From Squalus acanthias (lineage: Eukaryota): DNA of 64,000 bases. The translations under genes were made by a program, and so were the position numbers. Positions within the stretch are counted from its first letter, which is position 1. Every line of letters begins with the position of its first letter. The notes below the pieces were generated by a model, which searched no databases, was not told where the DNA came from, and saw only the letters and a program-made list of their open reading frames with translations. Positions 62,945 to 64,000 of the stretch are shown here, piece after piece. Location: NCBI GenBank assembly GCA_030390025.1, contig CM059425.1:178066001-178130000 (forward strand), written 5' to 3'.

Positions 62945-63430
62945 GCAATTGGATGATGCCAGGGGTGGGAAACAATTGCTATGAAAGAAAGAAATAACTT
63001 GCATTTATATAGCGCCCTTCATGACTTCAGGACATCCTAAAGCACTAGGATCATTTCCACTGCAACAGAGAAGACTAGGAGGAGATTTAATAAAGGTTTT
63101 TTAAATTATGAAGGATTTTTATAGGCTGAATAGGGAAAGAATTTCTTCTAGTTGGGGAGTTATTGATCAGGGGTAATCAATTCAAAATTGTCAGAAAGAG
63201 AGTGAAGAGAAAGATTAGAAGAAATGTCTTTAACTCAGGGAAAGGTTGAGGCAGAAACCATTGCATCTCTTGAAGAAAAGGTGGTTAAATATGTAATGCA
63301 GAGGAAGATGCGGGACTATCGGGGAGTGTGCAAAGCAGTGGGGTTAGTTTCGGATCATTCCAGCAAAGAGTTGGCACTGGCATGATGGGCTGAATGGCCT
63401 GTTGTGCTGTAAACTTCTATGGTTCTATGG
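62945..63430 (+). mobile_element. Degraded CR1 3' fragment with a short SINE tail piece (~62985-63045, -)
   Basis: RRLGGDLIKVF; CR1-type 3' UTR. Confidence 0.65.
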
Positions 63431-64000
63431 TAGGATCCACAGAGAAGGGAAAGGGGGGTGACAACTAGAGAAAGGGAGATGGGGGCAGCCACCAAAGGGG
63501 AGCCAGCTATAGAAGGGGTGGGTAGATATGGGCAACCACACAGGTGGGTGAAGGGCAGTCAGAGAGAAGTATAGGGGCCAACCAATGAGTGCGAGATGGG
63601 GGTAAGTAGGAGAAGGGAAATAGAAAGCATAAAGCAGTGAGGGGCATCAGGCAGATAGGGAGAGATAGTGGTAGGGATTATAAATCGGTTACCTGGAATG
63701 GTAGTGGTCAGTGGAGATAGGAGAATAGGGGAGGAATTTGTTTTTGTTTTAGTGACGCTCTCTCTATTTGTTTCTTTTTACTGCCATTTGTAGTGTTTGT
63801 ATTGTTAACTACAGCTCTACTGGTTCACATTTCACTCTCATATTTCTCTTTCTTTTAGTTTTACTCCCACTCTGGCATTTGTTTGTATTTTTCAGTTCAA
63901 CTACTGGCTTTTATTTTTTAACTACTATGCTTCTCCTTTTAGGCCCTACTCCTGATTTTCTGCTTTTATAATTAAAAAAATCTACACACTGTGAAACCTC

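Noticed and set aside
63430..63975. Purine-rich then T-rich tract with a hydrophobic 67-aa ORF
   Set aside because: Low-complexity sequence with no aminopeptidase similarity or convincing exon
1..64000. Prokaryotic systems (CRISPR array, retron, operon) suggested by the many RT ORFs
   Set aside because: All RT ORFs carry eukaryotic LINE, Penelope or Gypsy motifs and sit in spliceosomal introns; no regularly spaced repeat array was seen

Overview
Eukaryotic, repeat-rich vertebrate genomic DNA, most likely a cartilaginous fish (shark); this is inferred from the repeat content (CR1 LINEs, Deu-domain tRNA SINEs, Penelope-like elements). The only host gene is seven internal + strand exons of an M1-family zinc aminopeptidase, most similar to laeverin/aminopeptidase Q (LVRN), with aminopeptidase N-like as the alternative. 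The exons splice in frame without stops and include a variant SAMEN motif, HEXXH-x18-E and the catalytic Tyr; one intron has a GC donor. The introns hold nested mobile elements: a near full-length CR1 (esterase ORF1 plus EN/RT ORF2), a ~4 kb L2 with a 27-bp TSD, and many CR1, L2 and RTE fragments. There are also Penelope-like 3' ends carrying minimal hammerhead ribozymes, several PIF/Harbinger non-autonomous elements with 3-bp TSDs, a hAT MITE, and a young Gypsy LTR element. The Gypsy element lacks a tRNA primer site and shows a Tf1-like 11-nt self-priming signature, a YLDN RT motif and a duplicated PPT/LTR junction. Family assignments come from recalled motifs, not database searches, and the ends of degraded repeats are approximate.
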